NCBI RefSeq assembly: GCF_048403405.1
Contig: NZ_CP183129.1
Direction: 5' to 3' (one strand)
Origin: Escherichia coli
GTDB taxonomy: Bacteria; Pseudomonadota; Gammaproteobacteria; Enterobacterales; Enterobacteriaceae
Length of the DNA: 64,000 nucleotides
The notes beneath the pieces were generated by a model. That model saw only the letters and a list, made by a program, of their open reading frames with translations, did not search any database and had not been told where the DNA came from. Below, in pieces: positions 14,328 through 28,479 of this stretch. Position 1 is the stretch's first letter; every line of letters starts with the position of its first letter. Made by a program: the position numbers and the translations under genes.

Positions 14328-16262
14328 ATGGCGAAAAACCTAATACTCTGGCTGGTCATTGCCGTTGTGCTGATGTCAGTATTCCAGAGCTTTGGGCCCA
14401 GCGAGTCTAATGGCCGTAAGGTGGATTACTCTACCTTCCTACAAGAGGTCAATAACGACCAGGTTCGTGAAGCGCGTATCAACGGACGTGAAATCAACGT
14501 TACCAAGAAAGATAGTAACCGTTATACCACTTACATTCCGGTTCAGGATCCGAAATTACTGGATAACCTGTTGACCAAGAACGTCAAGGTTGTCGGTGAA
14601 CCGCCTGAAGAACCAAGCCTGCTGGCTTCTATCTTCATCTCCTGGTTCCCGATGCTGTTGCTGATTGGTGTCTGGATCTTCTTCATGCGTCAAATGCAGG
14701 GCGGCGGTGGCAAAGGTGCCATGTCGTTTGGTAAGAGCAAAGCGCGCATGCTGACGGAAGATCAGATCAAAACGACCTTTGCTGACGTTGCGGGCTGCGA
14801 CGAAGCAAAAGAAGAAGTTGCTGAACTGGTTGAGTATCTGCGCGAGCCGAGCCGCTTCCAGAAACTCGGCGGTAAGATCCCGAAAGGCGTCCTGATGGTC
14901 GGTCCTCCGGGTACCGGTAAAACGCTGCTGGCGAAAGCGATTGCAGGCGAAGCGAAAGTTCCGTTCTTTACTATCTCCGGTTCTGACTTCGTCGAAATGT
15001 TCGTCGGTGTGGGTGCATCCCGTGTTCGTGACATGTTCGAACAGGCGAAGAAAGCGGCACCGTGTATCATCTTTATCGATGAAATCGACGCCGTAGGCCG
15101 CCAGCGTGGCGCAGGCCTGGGCGGTGGTCACGATGAACGTGAACAGACTCTGAACCAGATGCTGGTTGAGATGGATGGCTTCGAAGGTAACGAAGGTATC
15201 ATCGTTATCGCCGCGACTAACCGTCCGGACGTTCTTGACCCGGCGCTGCTGCGTCCTGGCCGTTTCGACCGTCAGGTTGTGGTTGGCTTGCCAGATGTTC
15301 GCGGTCGTGAGCAGATCCTGAAAGTTCACATGCGTCGCGTACCATTGGCACCCGATATCGACGCGGCAATCATTGCCCGTGGTACTCCTGGTTTCTCCGG
15401 TGCTGACCTGGCGAACCTGGTGAACGAAGCGGCACTGTTCGCTGCTCGTGGCAACAAACGCGTTGTGTCGATGGTTGAGTTCGAGAAAGCGAAAGACAAA
15501 ATCATGATGGGTGCGGAACGTCGCTCCATGGTGATGACGGAAGCGCAGAAAGAATCGACGGCTTACCACGAAGCGGGTCACGCGATTATCGGTCGCCTGG
15601 TGCCGGAACACGATCCGGTGCACAAAGTGACGATTATCCCACGCGGTCGTGCGCTGGGTGTAACTTTCTTCTTGCCTGAGGGCGACGCAATCAGCGCCAG
15701 CCGTCAGAAACTGGAAAGCCAGATTTCTACGCTGTACGGTGGTCGTCTGGCAGAAGAGATCATCTACGGGCCGGAACATGTTTCTACCGGTGCGTCCAAC
15801 GATATTAAAGTTGCGACCAACCTGGCACGTAACATGGTGACTCAGTGGGGCTTCTCTGAGAAATTGGGGCCACTGCTGTACGCGGAAGAAGAAGGTGAAG
15901 TGTTCCTCGGCCGTAGCGTAGCGAAAGCGAAACATATGTCTGATGAAACTGCACGTATCATCGACCAGGAAGTGAAAGCACTGATTGAGCGTAACTATAA
16001 TCGTGCGCGTCAGCTTCTGACCGACAATATGGATATTCTGCATGCGATGAAAGATGCTCTCATGAAATATGAGACTATCGACGCACCGCAGATTGATGAC
16101 CTGATGGCACGTCGCGATGTACGTCCGCCAGCGGGCTGGGAAGAACCAGGCGCTTCTAACAATTCTGGCGACAATGGTAGTCCAAAGGCTCCTCGTCCGG
16201 TTGATGAACCGCGTACGCCGAACCCGGGTAACACCATGTCAGAGCAGTTAGGCGACAAATAA
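14328..16262 (+). CDS. ftsH: ATP-dependent zinc metalloprotease FtsH (HflB)
   Basis: 644 aa from ATG 14328 ([19 protein letters not shown]...), AAA Walker A GPPGTGKT, zinc site HEAGHA; the ORF-track start at 14319 is an in-frame TTG 3 codons upstream. Confidence 0.96.
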
Positions 16263-16293
16263 GTTCCCGCATCAGATGACTGTATTTGTACCG

Positions 16294-16325
16294 AAAACCC
16301 CGGGGCGTGCTCCGGGGTTTTTTCT
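16294..16325 (+). terminator. Intrinsic terminator after ftsH
   Basis: CCCCGGGG-CGTGCT-CCGGGG hairpin followed by TTTTTTT. Confidence 0.7.
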
Positions 16326-16351
16326 TATCAATTCATACCAGGGATAACACC

Positions 16352-17200
16352 ATGAAACTCTTTGCCCAGGGCACTTCACTGGACCTTAGCCATCCTCACG
16401 TAATGGGGATCCTCAACGTCACGCCTGATTCCTTTTCGGATGGCGGCACGCATAACTCGCTGATAGATGCGGTGAAACATGCGAATCTGATGATCAACGC
16501 TGGCGCGACGATCATTGACGTTGGTGGCGAGTCCACACGCCCGGGGGCGGCGGAAGTTAGCGTTGAAGAAGAGTTGCAACGTGTTATTCCTGTGGTTGAG
16601 GCAATTGCTCAACGCTTCGAAGTCTGGATCTCGGTCGATACATCCAAACCAGAAGTCATCCGTGAGTCAGCGAAAGTTGGCGCTCACATTATTAACGATA
16701 TTCGCTCCCTTTCCGAACCAGGCGCTCTGGAGGCTGCTGCAGAAACCGGTTTGCCGGTTTGCCTGATGCATATGCAGGGAAATCCAAAGACCATGCAGGA
16801 AGCCCCGAAGTATGACGATGTCTTTGCGGAAGTGAATCGCTATTTTATTGAGCAAATAGCACGTTGCGAGCAGGCGGGTATCGCAAAAGAGAAATTGTTG
16901 CTCGACCCCGGATTCGGTTTCGGTAAAAATCTCTCCCATAACTATTCATTACTGGCGCGCCTGGCTGAATTTCACCATTTCAACCTGCCGCTGTTGGTGG
17001 GTATGTCACGAAAATCGATGATTGGGCAGCTGCTGAACGTGGGGCCGTCCGAGCGTCTGAGCGGTAGTCTGGCTTGTGCGGTCATTGCCGCTATGCAAGG
17101 CGCGCATATCATTCGTGTTCATGACGTCAAAGAAACCGTAGAAGCGATGCGGGTGGTGGAAGCCACTCTGTCTGCAAAGGAAAACAAACGCTATGAGTAA
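16352..17200 (+). CDS. folP: Dihydropteroate synthase FolP
   Basis: 282 aa from ATG 16352 ([32 protein letters not shown]...); ORF-track start 16286 is an upstream extension. Confidence 0.96.
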
Positions 17201-18530
17201 TCGTAAATATTTCGGTACCGATGGGATTCGTGGTCGTGTAGGGGATGCGCCGATCACCCCTGATTTTGTGCTTAAGCTGGGTTGGGCCGCGGGTAAAGTG
17301 CTGGCGCGCCACGGCTCCCGTAAGATCATTATTGGTAAAGACACACGTATTTCTGGCTATATGCTGGAGTCAGCACTGGAAGCGGGTCTGGCGGCTGCCG
17401 GTCTTTCCGCGCTCTTCACTGGCCCGATGCCAACACCGGCCGTGGCTTATCTGACGCGGACTTTCCGCGCAGAGGCTGGGATTGTGATATCTGCATCGCA
17501 TAACCCGTTCTACGATAATGGCATTAAATTTTTCTCTATCGACGGCACCAAACTACCGGATGCAGTAGAAGAGGCCATCGAAGCGGAAATGGAAAAAGAG
17601 ATCAGCTGTGTTGATTCGGCAGAACTGGGTAAAGCCAGCCGTATCGTTGATGCTGCGGGTCGCTATATCGAGTTTTGCAAAGCCACGTTCCCAAACGAAC
17701 TTAGCCTCAGTGAACTGAAGATTGTGGTGGATTGTGCAAACGGTGCGACTTATCACATCGCGCCGAACGTGCTGCGTGAACTGGGAGCGAACGTTATCGC
17801 TATCGGTTGTGAGCCGAACGGTGTAAACATCAATGCCGAAGTGGGGGCTACCGACGTTCGCGCGCTCCAGGCCCGTGTGCTGGCTGAAAAAGCGGATCTC
17901 GGTATTGCCTTTGACGGCGACGGCGATCGCGTGATTATGGTTGACCATGAAGGCAATAAAGTCGATGGCGATCAGATCATGTATATCATCGCGCGTGAAG
18001 GTCTTCGTCAGGGCCAGCTGCGTGGTGGCGCTGTGGGTACATTGATGAGCAACATGGGGCTTGAACTGGCGCTGAAACAGTTAGGTATTCCATTTGCGCG
18101 CGCGAAAGTGGGTGACCGCTACGTACTGGAAAAAATGCAGGAGAAAGGCTGGCGTATCGGTGCAGAGAACTCCGGTCATGTGATCCTGCTGGATAAAACC
18201 ACTACCGGTGACGGTATCGTTGCTGGCTTGCAGGTGTTGGCGGCGATGGCGCGTAACCATATGAGCCTGCACGACCTTTGCAGCGGCATGAAAATGTTCC
18301 CGCAGATTCTGGTTAACGTGCGTTACACCGCAGGTAGCGGCGATCCGCTGGAGCATGAATCAGTCAAAGCTGTGACCGCAGAAGTTGAAGCGGCGCTGGG
18401 TAGCCGTGGACGTGTGCTGTTGCGTAAATCCGGCACCGAACCGTTAATTCGCGTGATGGTGGAAGGCGAAGACGAAGCGCAGGTGACTGAATTTGCACAC
18501 CGCATCGCCGATGCAGTAAAAGCCGTTTAA
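17193..18530 (+). CDS. glmM: Phosphoglucosamine mutase GlmM
   Basis: 445-aa ORF with phosphoserine loop SASHNP; ATG overlaps the end of folP. Confidence 0.97.
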   Translation: MSNRKYFGTDGIRGRVGDAPITPDFVLKLGWAAGKVLARHGSRKIIIGKDTRISGYMLESALEAGLAAAGLSALFTGPMPTPAVAYLTRTFRAEAGIVISASHNPFYDNGIKFFSIDGTKLPDAVEEAIEAEMEKEISCVDSAELGKASRIVDAAGRYIEFCKATFPNELSLSELKIVVDCANGATYHIAPNVLRELGANVIAIGCEPNGVNINAEVGATDVRALQARVLAEKADLGIAFDGDGDRVIMVDHEGNKVDGDQIMYIIAREGLRQGQLRGGAVGTLMSNMGLELALKQLGIPFARAKVGDRYVLEKMQEKGWRIGAENSGHVILLDKTTTGDGIVAGLQVLAAMARNHMSLHDLCSGMKMFPQILVNVRYTAGSGDPLEHESVKAVTAEVEAALGSRGRVLLRKSGTEPLIRVMVEGEDEAQVTEFAHRIADAVKAV

Positions 18531-18550
18531 AGCGTTAGATAACTGGCTAA

Positions 18551-18577
18551 AAAGGCGGCGATTGTCGCCTTTTTTCT
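18551..18577 (+). terminator. Intrinsic terminator after glmM
   Basis: AGGCGGCGA-TTG-TCGCCT hairpin followed by TTTTTT. Confidence 0.65.
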
Positions 18578-18757
18578 CGGCGAACACATCGGTTTTGCTG
18601 TTTTTTTCCGCAGTTGATACAATGCGATAAAATTGCCCTTGCGAAGGTCATTCGCTTTGGTTAGTATTCACACCCGCTTCAGTGGGAAAGATTAAAAACT
18701 CCCGCTTTATTGGTTGAAGCATTGGTACGCGGCAACTCCGCAAGGAACAGGTTGATT

Positions 18758-19090
18758 ATGTACGAAGCTCTTTTGGTAGTTTTCCTTATTGTGGCAATTG
18801 GCCTTGTTGGTCTGATCATGCTGCAGCAAGGTAAAGGCGCTGATATGGGAGCCTCCTTCGGAGCAGGCGCTTCCGCTACGCTGTTTGGTTCAAGTGGTTC
18901 TGGTAACTTCATGACCCGCATGACGGCGCTGCTGGCAACGTTATTCTTCATCATCAGTCTGGTACTGGGTAACATCAATAGCAACAAAACCAATAAAGGT
19001 AGCGAATGGGAAAACCTGAGTGCGCCGGCCAAAACCGAACAAACTCAGCCAGCTGCTCCGGCTAAGCCGACCAGCGATATCCCGAACTAA
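18758..19090 (+). CDS. secG: Protein translocase subunit SecG
   Basis: 110 aa from ATG 18758 (MYEALLVVFLIVAIGLVGLIMLQQGKGADMGASFGAGASATLFG...); ORF-track start 18710 is an upstream extension. Confidence 0.96.
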   Translation: MYEALLVVFLIVAIGLVGLIMLQQGKGADMGASFGAGASATLFGSSGSGNFMTRMTALLATLFFIISLVLGNINSNKTNKGSEWENLSAPAKTEQTQPAAPAKPTSDIPN

Positions 19091-19104
19091 AAAGTAGTAT
19101 CCGT

Positions 19105-19191
19105 GCCGAGGTGGTGGAATTGGTAGACACGCTACCTTGAGGTGGTAGTGCCCAATAGGGCTTACGGGTTCAAGTCCCGTCCTCGGTACCA
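19105..19191 (+). tRNA. leuU: tRNA-Leu (anticodon GAG)
   Basis: 87-nt sequence GCCGAGGTGGTGGAATTGGTAGACACGCTACCTTGAGGTGGTAGTGCCCAATAGGGCTTACGGGTTCAAGTCCCGTCCTCGGTACCA with long variable arm, anticodon loop CTTGAGG and encoded CCA; directly downstream of secG. Confidence 0.97.
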
Positions 19192-19202
19192 AATTCCAGA
19201 AA

Positions 19203-19228
19203 AGAGACGCTGAAAAGCGTCTTTTTTC
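19203..19228 (+). terminator. Intrinsic terminator after leuU
   Basis: AGACGC-TGAAAA-GCGTCT hairpin followed by TTTTTT. Confidence 0.75.
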
Positions 19229-19647
19229 GTTTTGGTCCTGATCTGAGGAATGGTTGTCAGGTATCTGTATCTCGTCCAGTTGCTTTACTCGTAGCTGGTA
19301 CTTTGAAACGATGGTGCCGGTACGCCTTAGTTATAAACTTTTCCCTTCTGCTGACATAATTGGCACTTTATTGTGTCAACTCCAGTTCCGGTACGAATAC
19401 GGATATGTTTACTTCTCGATAAACCATCCTGCTCCTGTCAGTATAACTACTGATGGCTACGTTCTGCGTAATGTTTAGAGACGCATTGATAATGTTATTT
19501 AATTACTGAGAACAATGGCCGCATCATTTAAAAAGAAAAAACTAACAGTGTTTCGGTCTGATATGGATCAGAGTTGAAAAACATGTCTGATATAAAATTG
19601 AACATTGTTGATAATTGTTTATATTGGTTGTGAACTTGGATTTCTGG

Positions 19648-21273
19648 ATGACAGTATTCAACAAATTTGTTAGAAGTTTTAAATCTCATTGGTTGTTGTA
19701 TCTTTGTGTTATTGTTTTTGGTATTACGAACTTAGTCGCCTCTTCCGGAGCGCATATGGTTCAGCGATTGCTGTTCTTCGTTCTGACCATCCTGGTTGTT
19801 AAACGTATATCATCCCTTCCGCTTCGCCTGCTTGTTGCCGCACCATTTGTGTTACTGACAGCGGCAGACATGAGTATTAGCCTCTATTCATGGTGTACCT
19901 TTGGTACAACTTTCAATGATGGATTTGCGATTAGCGTGCTGCAGAGTGATCCGGATGAAGTTGTCAAAATGCTGGGGATGTATATCCCTTATCTATGTGC
20001 TTTTGCCTTTTTATCCCTTCTTTTTTTGGCAGTAATAATAAAATATGATGTTTCCTTGCCGACGAAAAAAGTGACAGGAATATTATTGCTGATTGTCATT
20101 TCGGGCAGTTTATTTTCCGCTTGTCAATTTGCTTATAAAGATGCAAAAAATAAAAAAGCGTTCAGTCCATATATACTAGCGTCGCGATTTGCTACCTATA
20201 CGCCGTTTTTCAATCTCAATTATTTTGCTTTAGCAGCGAAAGAGCATCAAAGATTACTCTCAATTGCAAACACGGTGCCATATTTTCAATTATCAGTCAG
20301 GGATACAGGTATTGATACCTACGTGTTGATTGTGGGGGAGTCTGTACGTGTCGACAATATGTCTTTGTATGGATACACACGCTCTACGACACCGCAAGTC
20401 GAAGCACAAAGAAAACAGATCAAACTGTTTAATCAAGCAATAAGCGGTGCACCTTACACTGCGCTGTCGGTTCCCCTTTCTTTAACTGCTGATTCTGTTT
20501 TGAGTCATGACATTCATAATTACCCGGACAACATTATTAATATGGCTAATCAAGCAGGATTTCAGACTTTCTGGCTAAGCTCGCAATCCGCTTTTCGGCA
20601 GAATGGTACAGCAGTTACCAGTATCGCCATGCGCGCCATGGAAACAGTCTATGTCAGAGGATTTGATGAATTGTTGTTGCCGCATTTATCGCAAGCGTTA
20701 CAGCAAAAGACGCAGCAAAAGAAACTGATTGTTCTTCATTTAAATGGAAGCCATGAACCGGCTTGTAGCGCCTATCCGCAATCCAGCGCCGTGTTTCAAC
20801 CGCAGGACGATCAGGATGCCTGCTATGACAACTCCATTCATTACACAGATAGTTTGCTAGGTCAGATTTTTGAATTATTAAAAGATCGCCGCGCCTCGGT
20901 CATGTATTTTGCCGACCACGGCCTGGAACGCGACCCTACGAAGAAGAACGTCTATTTTCATGGAGGCAGGGAGGCCAGCCAGCAGGCATATCATGTCCCG
21001 ATGTTTATCTGGTATAGCCCCGTTCTTGGGGATGGCGTTGATCGTACAACGGAAAACGATATCTTTTCCACTGCGTACAATAATTACCTTATTAATGCGT
21101 GGATGGGGGTAACAAAGCCGGAACAGCCGAAAACGCTGGAGGAAGTGATTGCACACTATAAAGGAGACTCACGGGTTGTGGATGCAAACCATGATGTTTT
21201 CGATTATGTGATGCTCAGAAAGGAGTTTACAGAGGATAAGCAAGGTAACCCCACCCCTGAAGGGCAGGGTTGA
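19648..21273 (+). CDS. yhbX: Putative phosphoethanolamine transferase / sulfatase-family inner membrane protein YhbX
   Basis: 541 aa from ATG 19648 (MTVFNKFVRSFKSHWLLYLCVIVFGITNLV...), N-terminal TM helices plus C-terminal sulfatase-like domain; visibly AT-rich relative to neighbours; ORF-track start 19615 is a TTG extension. Confidence 0.88.
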   Translation: MTVFNKFVRSFKSHWLLYLCVIVFGITNLVASSGAHMVQRLLFFVLTILVVKRISSLPLRLLVAAPFVLLTAADMSISLYSWCTFGTTFNDGFAISVLQSDPDEVVKMLGMYIPYLCAFAFLSLLFLAVIIKYDVSLPTKKVTGILLLIVISGSLFSACQFAYKDAKNKKAFSPYILASRFATYTPFFNLNYFALAAKEHQRLLSIANTVPYFQLSVRDTGIDTYVLIVGESVRVDNMSLYGYTRSTTPQVEAQRKQIKLFNQAISGAPYTALSVPLSLTADSVLSHDIHNYPDNIINMANQAGFQTFWLSSQSAFRQNGTAVTSIAMRAMETVYVRGFDELLLPHLSQALQQKTQQKKLIVLHLNGSHEPACSAYPQSSAVFQPQDDQDACYDNSIHYTDSLLGQIFELLKDRRASVMYFADHGLERDPTKKNVYFHGGREASQQAYHVPMFIWYSPVLGDGVDRTTENDIFSTAYNNYLINAWMGVTKPEQPKTLEEVIAHYKGDSRVVDANHDVFDYVMLRKEFTEDKQGNPTPEGQG

Positions 21274-21280
21274 TGTCGAA

Positions 21281-22639
<1,359 letters not shown>

Positions 22640-22675
22640 TTAATTAACTGATGATGAGCCTGGATTTCCGCTCTC

Positions 22676-22714
22676 ACTGAATTTTTATGCAAAATAAATG
22701 AGTTTTCATTTAAT
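22676..22714. promoter_or_regulatory. Tandem ARG boxes (ArgR operator) upstream of argG
   Basis: ACTGAATTTTTATGCAAA (22676-22693) and AATGAGTTTTCATTTAAT (22697-22714) fit the TNTGAATWWWWATTCANW ARG-box consensus, separated by 3 bp, 50-90 bp upstream of the argG start. Confidence 0.55.
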
Positions 22715-22927
22715 CATCTTTTATCGGAGACAGGAAGAGTTTAGTGTGTTTTTTGTAAAATAATGCGCTTAAGGGAGAGCAGGAGAAGGCAAAAGTATTC
22801 AACAAATGAAAGTGAACCGGATATTCATTCACGTGATTAGCAATAAACGTTGACAAAATGTGGCATGGATCACTATAATGCCTGCAGATTTTACGTCCCG
22901 TCTCGGTACACCAAATCCCAGCAGTAT

Positions 22928-22956
22928 TTGCATTTTTTACCCAAAACGAGTAGAAT
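22928..22956 (+). promoter_or_regulatory. Candidate sigma70 promoter of metY (-35 TTGCAT, 17-bp spacer, -10 TAGAAT)
   Basis: TTGCAT at 22928-22933 and TAGAAT at 22951-22956, about 15 nt upstream of the tRNA 5' end; a second candidate (TTGACA 22850-22855 / TATAAT 22874-22879, 18-bp spacer) lies further upstream. Confidence 0.5.
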
Positions 22957-22971
22957 TTGCCACGTTTCAGG

Positions 22972-23048
<77 letters not shown>

Positions 23049-23170
23049 CTTTCCCTTAGAGTCCTTTTTCAAATATACTGTGAAGACTTCGGCCTTCGTA
23101 GTGGGATTTGAAAAAATCCTTCTGGAAAGTGCTCCAGACCGCAGTTGCGGTTATAGGGTTCAGTTATATA

Positions 23171-23197
23171 AAGCCCCGATTTATCGGGGTTTTTTGT
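23171..23197 (+). terminator. Intrinsic terminator/attenuator between metY and rimP
   Basis: CCCCGAT-TT-ATCGGGG hairpin followed by TTTTTTGTT. Confidence 0.65.
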
Positions 23198-23254
23198 TAT
23201 CTGACTACAGAATAACTGGGCTTTAGGCCCTTTTTTTATGTCTTGGGGGTGGGC

Positions 23255-23707
23255 TTGTCCACATTAGAGCAAAAATTAACAGAGATGATTACTGCGCCAG
23301 TTGAGGCCCTGGGTTTTGAACTGGTTGGCATCGAATTTATTCGCGGTCGCACATCCACACTGCGCATCTATATTGATAGTGAAGATGGCATCAATGTTGA
23401 TGATTGTGCTGATGTGAGCCACCAGGTAAGTGCTGTGCTGGATGTTGAAGATCCCATCACCGTTGCTTATAACCTGGAAGTCTCCTCACCGGGTCTCGAT
23501 CGCCCACTGTTCACGGCTGAACACTACGCCCGTTTCGTCGGAGAAGAGGTGACTCTGGTTCTCCGCATGGCGGTACAAAACCGTCGTAAATGGCAGGGCG
23601 TTATCAAAGCGGTAGACGGTGAAATGATCACAGTTACCGTCGAAGGTAAAGATGAAGTGTTCGCGCTGAGTAATATCCAGAAGGCGAACCTGGTTCCCCA
23701 CTTTTAA
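23255..23707 (+). CDS. rimP: Ribosome maturation factor RimP (YhbC)
   Basis: 150 aa from TTG 23255 ([28 protein letters not shown]...); matches RimP with its TTG start; ORF-track start 23243 is 4 codons upstream. Confidence 0.93.
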
Positions 23708-23734
23708 TAGTCTGGATGAGGTGAAAAGCCCGCG

Positions 23735-25222
<1,488 letters not shown>

Positions 25223-25246
25223 TAAACTGTAGCAGGAAGGAACAGC

Positions 25247-27919
25247 ATGACAGATGTAACGATTAAAACGCTGGCCGCAGAGCGACAGACCTCCGTGGAA
25301 CGCCTGGTACAGCAATTTGCTGATGCAGGTATCCGGAAGTCTGCTGACGACTCTGTGTCCGCACAAGAGAAACAGACTTTGATTGACCACCTGAATCAGA
25401 AAAATTCAGGCCCGGACAAATTGACGCTGCAACGTAAAACACGCAGCACCCTTAACATTCCTGGTACCGGTGGAAAAAGCAAATCGGTACAAATCGAAGT
25501 CCGCAAGAAACGCACCTTTGTGAAACGCGATCCGCAAGAGGCTGAACGCCTTGCAGCGGAAGAGCAAGCGCAGCGTGAAGCGGAAGAGCAAGCCCGTCGT
25601 GAGGCAGAAGAATCGGCTAAACGCGAGGCGCAACAAAAAGCTGAACGTGAGGCCGCAGAACAAGCTAAGCGTGAAGCTGCTGAACAAGCGAAACGTGAAG
25701 CTGCGGAAAAAGACAAAGTGAGCAATCAACAAGACGATATGACTAAAAACGCCCAGGCTGAAAAAGCCCGCCGTGAGCAGGAAGCTGCAGAGCTCAAGCG
25801 TAAAGCCGAAGAAGAAGCGCGTCGTAAACTCGAAGAAGAAGCACGTCGCGTTGCTGAAGAAGCACGTCGTATGGCGGAAGAAAACAAATGGACTGATAAC
25901 GCGGAACCGACTGAAGATTCCAGCGATTATCACGTCACTACTTCTCAACATGCTCGCCAGGCAGAAGACGAAAGCGATCGTGAAGTCGAAGGCGGCCGTG
26001 GCCGTGGTCGTAACGCGAAAGCTGCGCGTCCGAAGAAAGGCAACAAACACGCTGAATCAAAAGCTGATCGTGAAGAAGCACGCGCAGCAGTACGTGGCGG
26101 TAAAGGCGGAAAACGTAAAGGTTCTTCGCTGCAGCAAGGCTTCCAGAAGCCTGCTCAGGCCGTTAACCGTGACGTAGTGATCGGCGAAACCATCACCGTT
26201 GGCGAACTGGCGAACAAGATGGCGGTTAAAGGCTCTCAGGTCATCAAAGCGATGATGAAACTGGGCGCAATGGCAACCATCAACCAGGTTATCGATCAGG
26301 AAACCGCACAGCTGGTTGCTGAAGAGATGGGCCACAAAGTTATCCTGCGTCGTGAAAACGAGCTGGAAGAAGCGGTAATGAGCGACCGTGACACGGGTGC
26401 AGCGGCTGAACCGCGCGCGCCGGTTGTGACCATCATGGGTCACGTTGACCACGGTAAAACCTCTCTGCTGGACTACATTCGTTCAACGAAAGTGGCCTCT
26501 GGCGAAGCGGGCGGCATTACCCAGCACATTGGTGCATACCACGTTGAAACTGAAAACGGCATGATCACCTTCCTGGACACCCCGGGGCACGCCGCGTTTA
26601 CTTCAATGCGTGCTCGTGGTGCGCAGGCAACGGACATCGTAGTCCTGGTTGTTGCTGCCGACGACGGCGTAATGCCGCAGACCATCGAAGCAATCCAGCA
26701 CGCGAAAGCGGCGCAGGTTCCGGTGGTCGTTGCAGTGAACAAGATCGATAAACCAGAAGCCGATCCGGATCGCGTTAAGAACGAACTCTCCCAGTACGGC
26801 ATCCTGCCGGAAGAGTGGGGCGGTGAAAGCCAGTTCGTACATGTGTCTGCGAAAGCGGGTACTGGTATCGATGAGCTGCTGGACGCTATCCTGCTGCAGG
26901 CGGAAGTTCTGGAACTGAAAGCGGTACGTAAAGGCATGGCGAGCGGTGCGGTTATCGAATCCTTCCTCGATAAAGGTCGTGGTCCGGTTGCTACCGTTCT
27001 GGTACGTGAAGGTACTCTGCACAAGGGCGATATCGTTCTGTGTGGCTTCGAATACGGTCGTGTTCGTGCGATGCGTAACGAACTGGGTCAGGAAGTGCTG
27101 GAAGCGGGTCCGTCCATTCCGGTGGAAATCCTCGGCCTGTCCGGCGTTCCGGCTGCGGGTGATGAAGTTACCGTTGTACGTGACGAGAAGAAAGCGCGTG
27201 AAGTTGCACTCTATCGTCAGGGTAAATTCCGCGAAGTTAAACTGGCGCGTCAGCAGAAATCTAAACTCGAGAACATGTTCGCCAACATGACCGAAGGCGA
27301 AGTTCACGAAGTGAATATCGTCCTGAAGGCAGACGTACAGGGTTCTGTGGAAGCTATCTCCGACTCCTTGCTGAAACTGTCTACTGACGAAGTTAAAGTG
27401 AAGATCATCGGTTCTGGCGTAGGTGGTATCACCGAAACCGACGCTACCCTGGCTGCGGCGTCCAACGCCATCCTGGTTGGCTTCAACGTACGTGCTGATG
27501 CCTCTGCACGTAAAGTAATTGAAGCGGAAAGCCTGGATCTGCGTTACTACTCCGTCATCTATAACCTGATCGACGAAGTGAAAGCGGCAATGAGCGGTAT
27601 GCTGTCTCCGGAACTGAAACAACAGATTATCGGTCTGGCGGAAGTTCGTGACGTATTCAAATCACCGAAATTTGGTGCCATCGCAGGTTGTATGGTTACC
27701 GAAGGTGTGGTTAAACGTCACAACCCGATCCGCGTTCTGCGCGACAACGTGGTTATCTACGAAGGCGAGCTGGAGTCCCTGCGCCGCTTCAAAGATGACG
27801 TTAACGAAGTCCGTAACGGTATGGAATGTGGTATCGGCGTTAAGAACTACAACGACGTCCGCACTGGCGATGTGATCGAAGTATTCGAAATCATCGAAAT
27901 CCAACGTACCATCGCTTAA
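25247..27919 (+). CDS. infB: Translation initiation factor IF-2
   Basis: 890-aa ORF with repetitive charged N-terminal region and GTPase domain ([21 protein letters not shown]). Confidence 0.98.
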
Positions 27920-27932
27920 GGTTGTCTGGGTT

Positions 27933-28009
27933 GTAGGCCGGATAAGGCTTTTACGCCGCATCCGGCAGCCGTTGCCTGATGCGACGCTCGCGCGTCTTAT
28001 CAGGCCTAC
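27933..28009. repeat. REP/BIME element (two inverted REP palindromes) in the infB-rbfA spacer
   Basis: GTAGGCCGGATAAGGC...GCCGCATCCGGCAG and GCCTGATGCGACGCTCGCGCGTCTTATCAGGCCTAC match the E. coli REP consensus. Confidence 0.8.
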
Positions 28010-28077
28010 ACAGCCCTTTCCACCTGAGATTAATTTTAAAAGGGGCTATGGCCCCTTTTTTGTCAGGAGAATTTATT

Positions 28078-28479
28078 ATGGCGAAAGAATTTGGTCGCCC
28101 GCAGCGCGTAGCGCAGGAAATGCAAAAAGAGATCGCTCTCATCCTGCAGCGTGAAATTAAAGATCCTCGTCTGGGCATGATGACCACCGTTTCCGGTGTC
28201 GAAATGTCTCGCGACCTGGCGTATGCCAAAGTATATGTAACGTTCCTCAACGACAAAGATGAAGACGCGGTTAAAGCGGGCATCAAAGCGCTGCAGGAAG
28301 CTTCTGGTTTCATCCGCAGCCTGCTGGGGAAAGCGATGCGCCTGCGTATCGTGCCGGAACTGACCTTCTTCTACGACAACTCGCTGGTTGAAGGGATGCG
28401 CATGTCAAACCTGGTGACCAGCGTGGTCAAACATGACGAAGAACGTCGTGTTAACCCGGACGACAGCAAGGAGGACTAA
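28078..28479 (+). CDS. rbfA: Ribosome-binding factor A
   Basis: 133 aa from ATG 28078 ([33 protein letters not shown]...); ORF-track start 27979 is an upstream extension. Confidence 0.96.

Noticed and set aside
19254-19478. 74-aa ORF in the leuU-yhbX spacer
   Set aside because: No Shine-Dalgarno motif, AT-rich low-complexity translation, and it lies in a region expected to be promoter or leader for yhbX; likely spurious.
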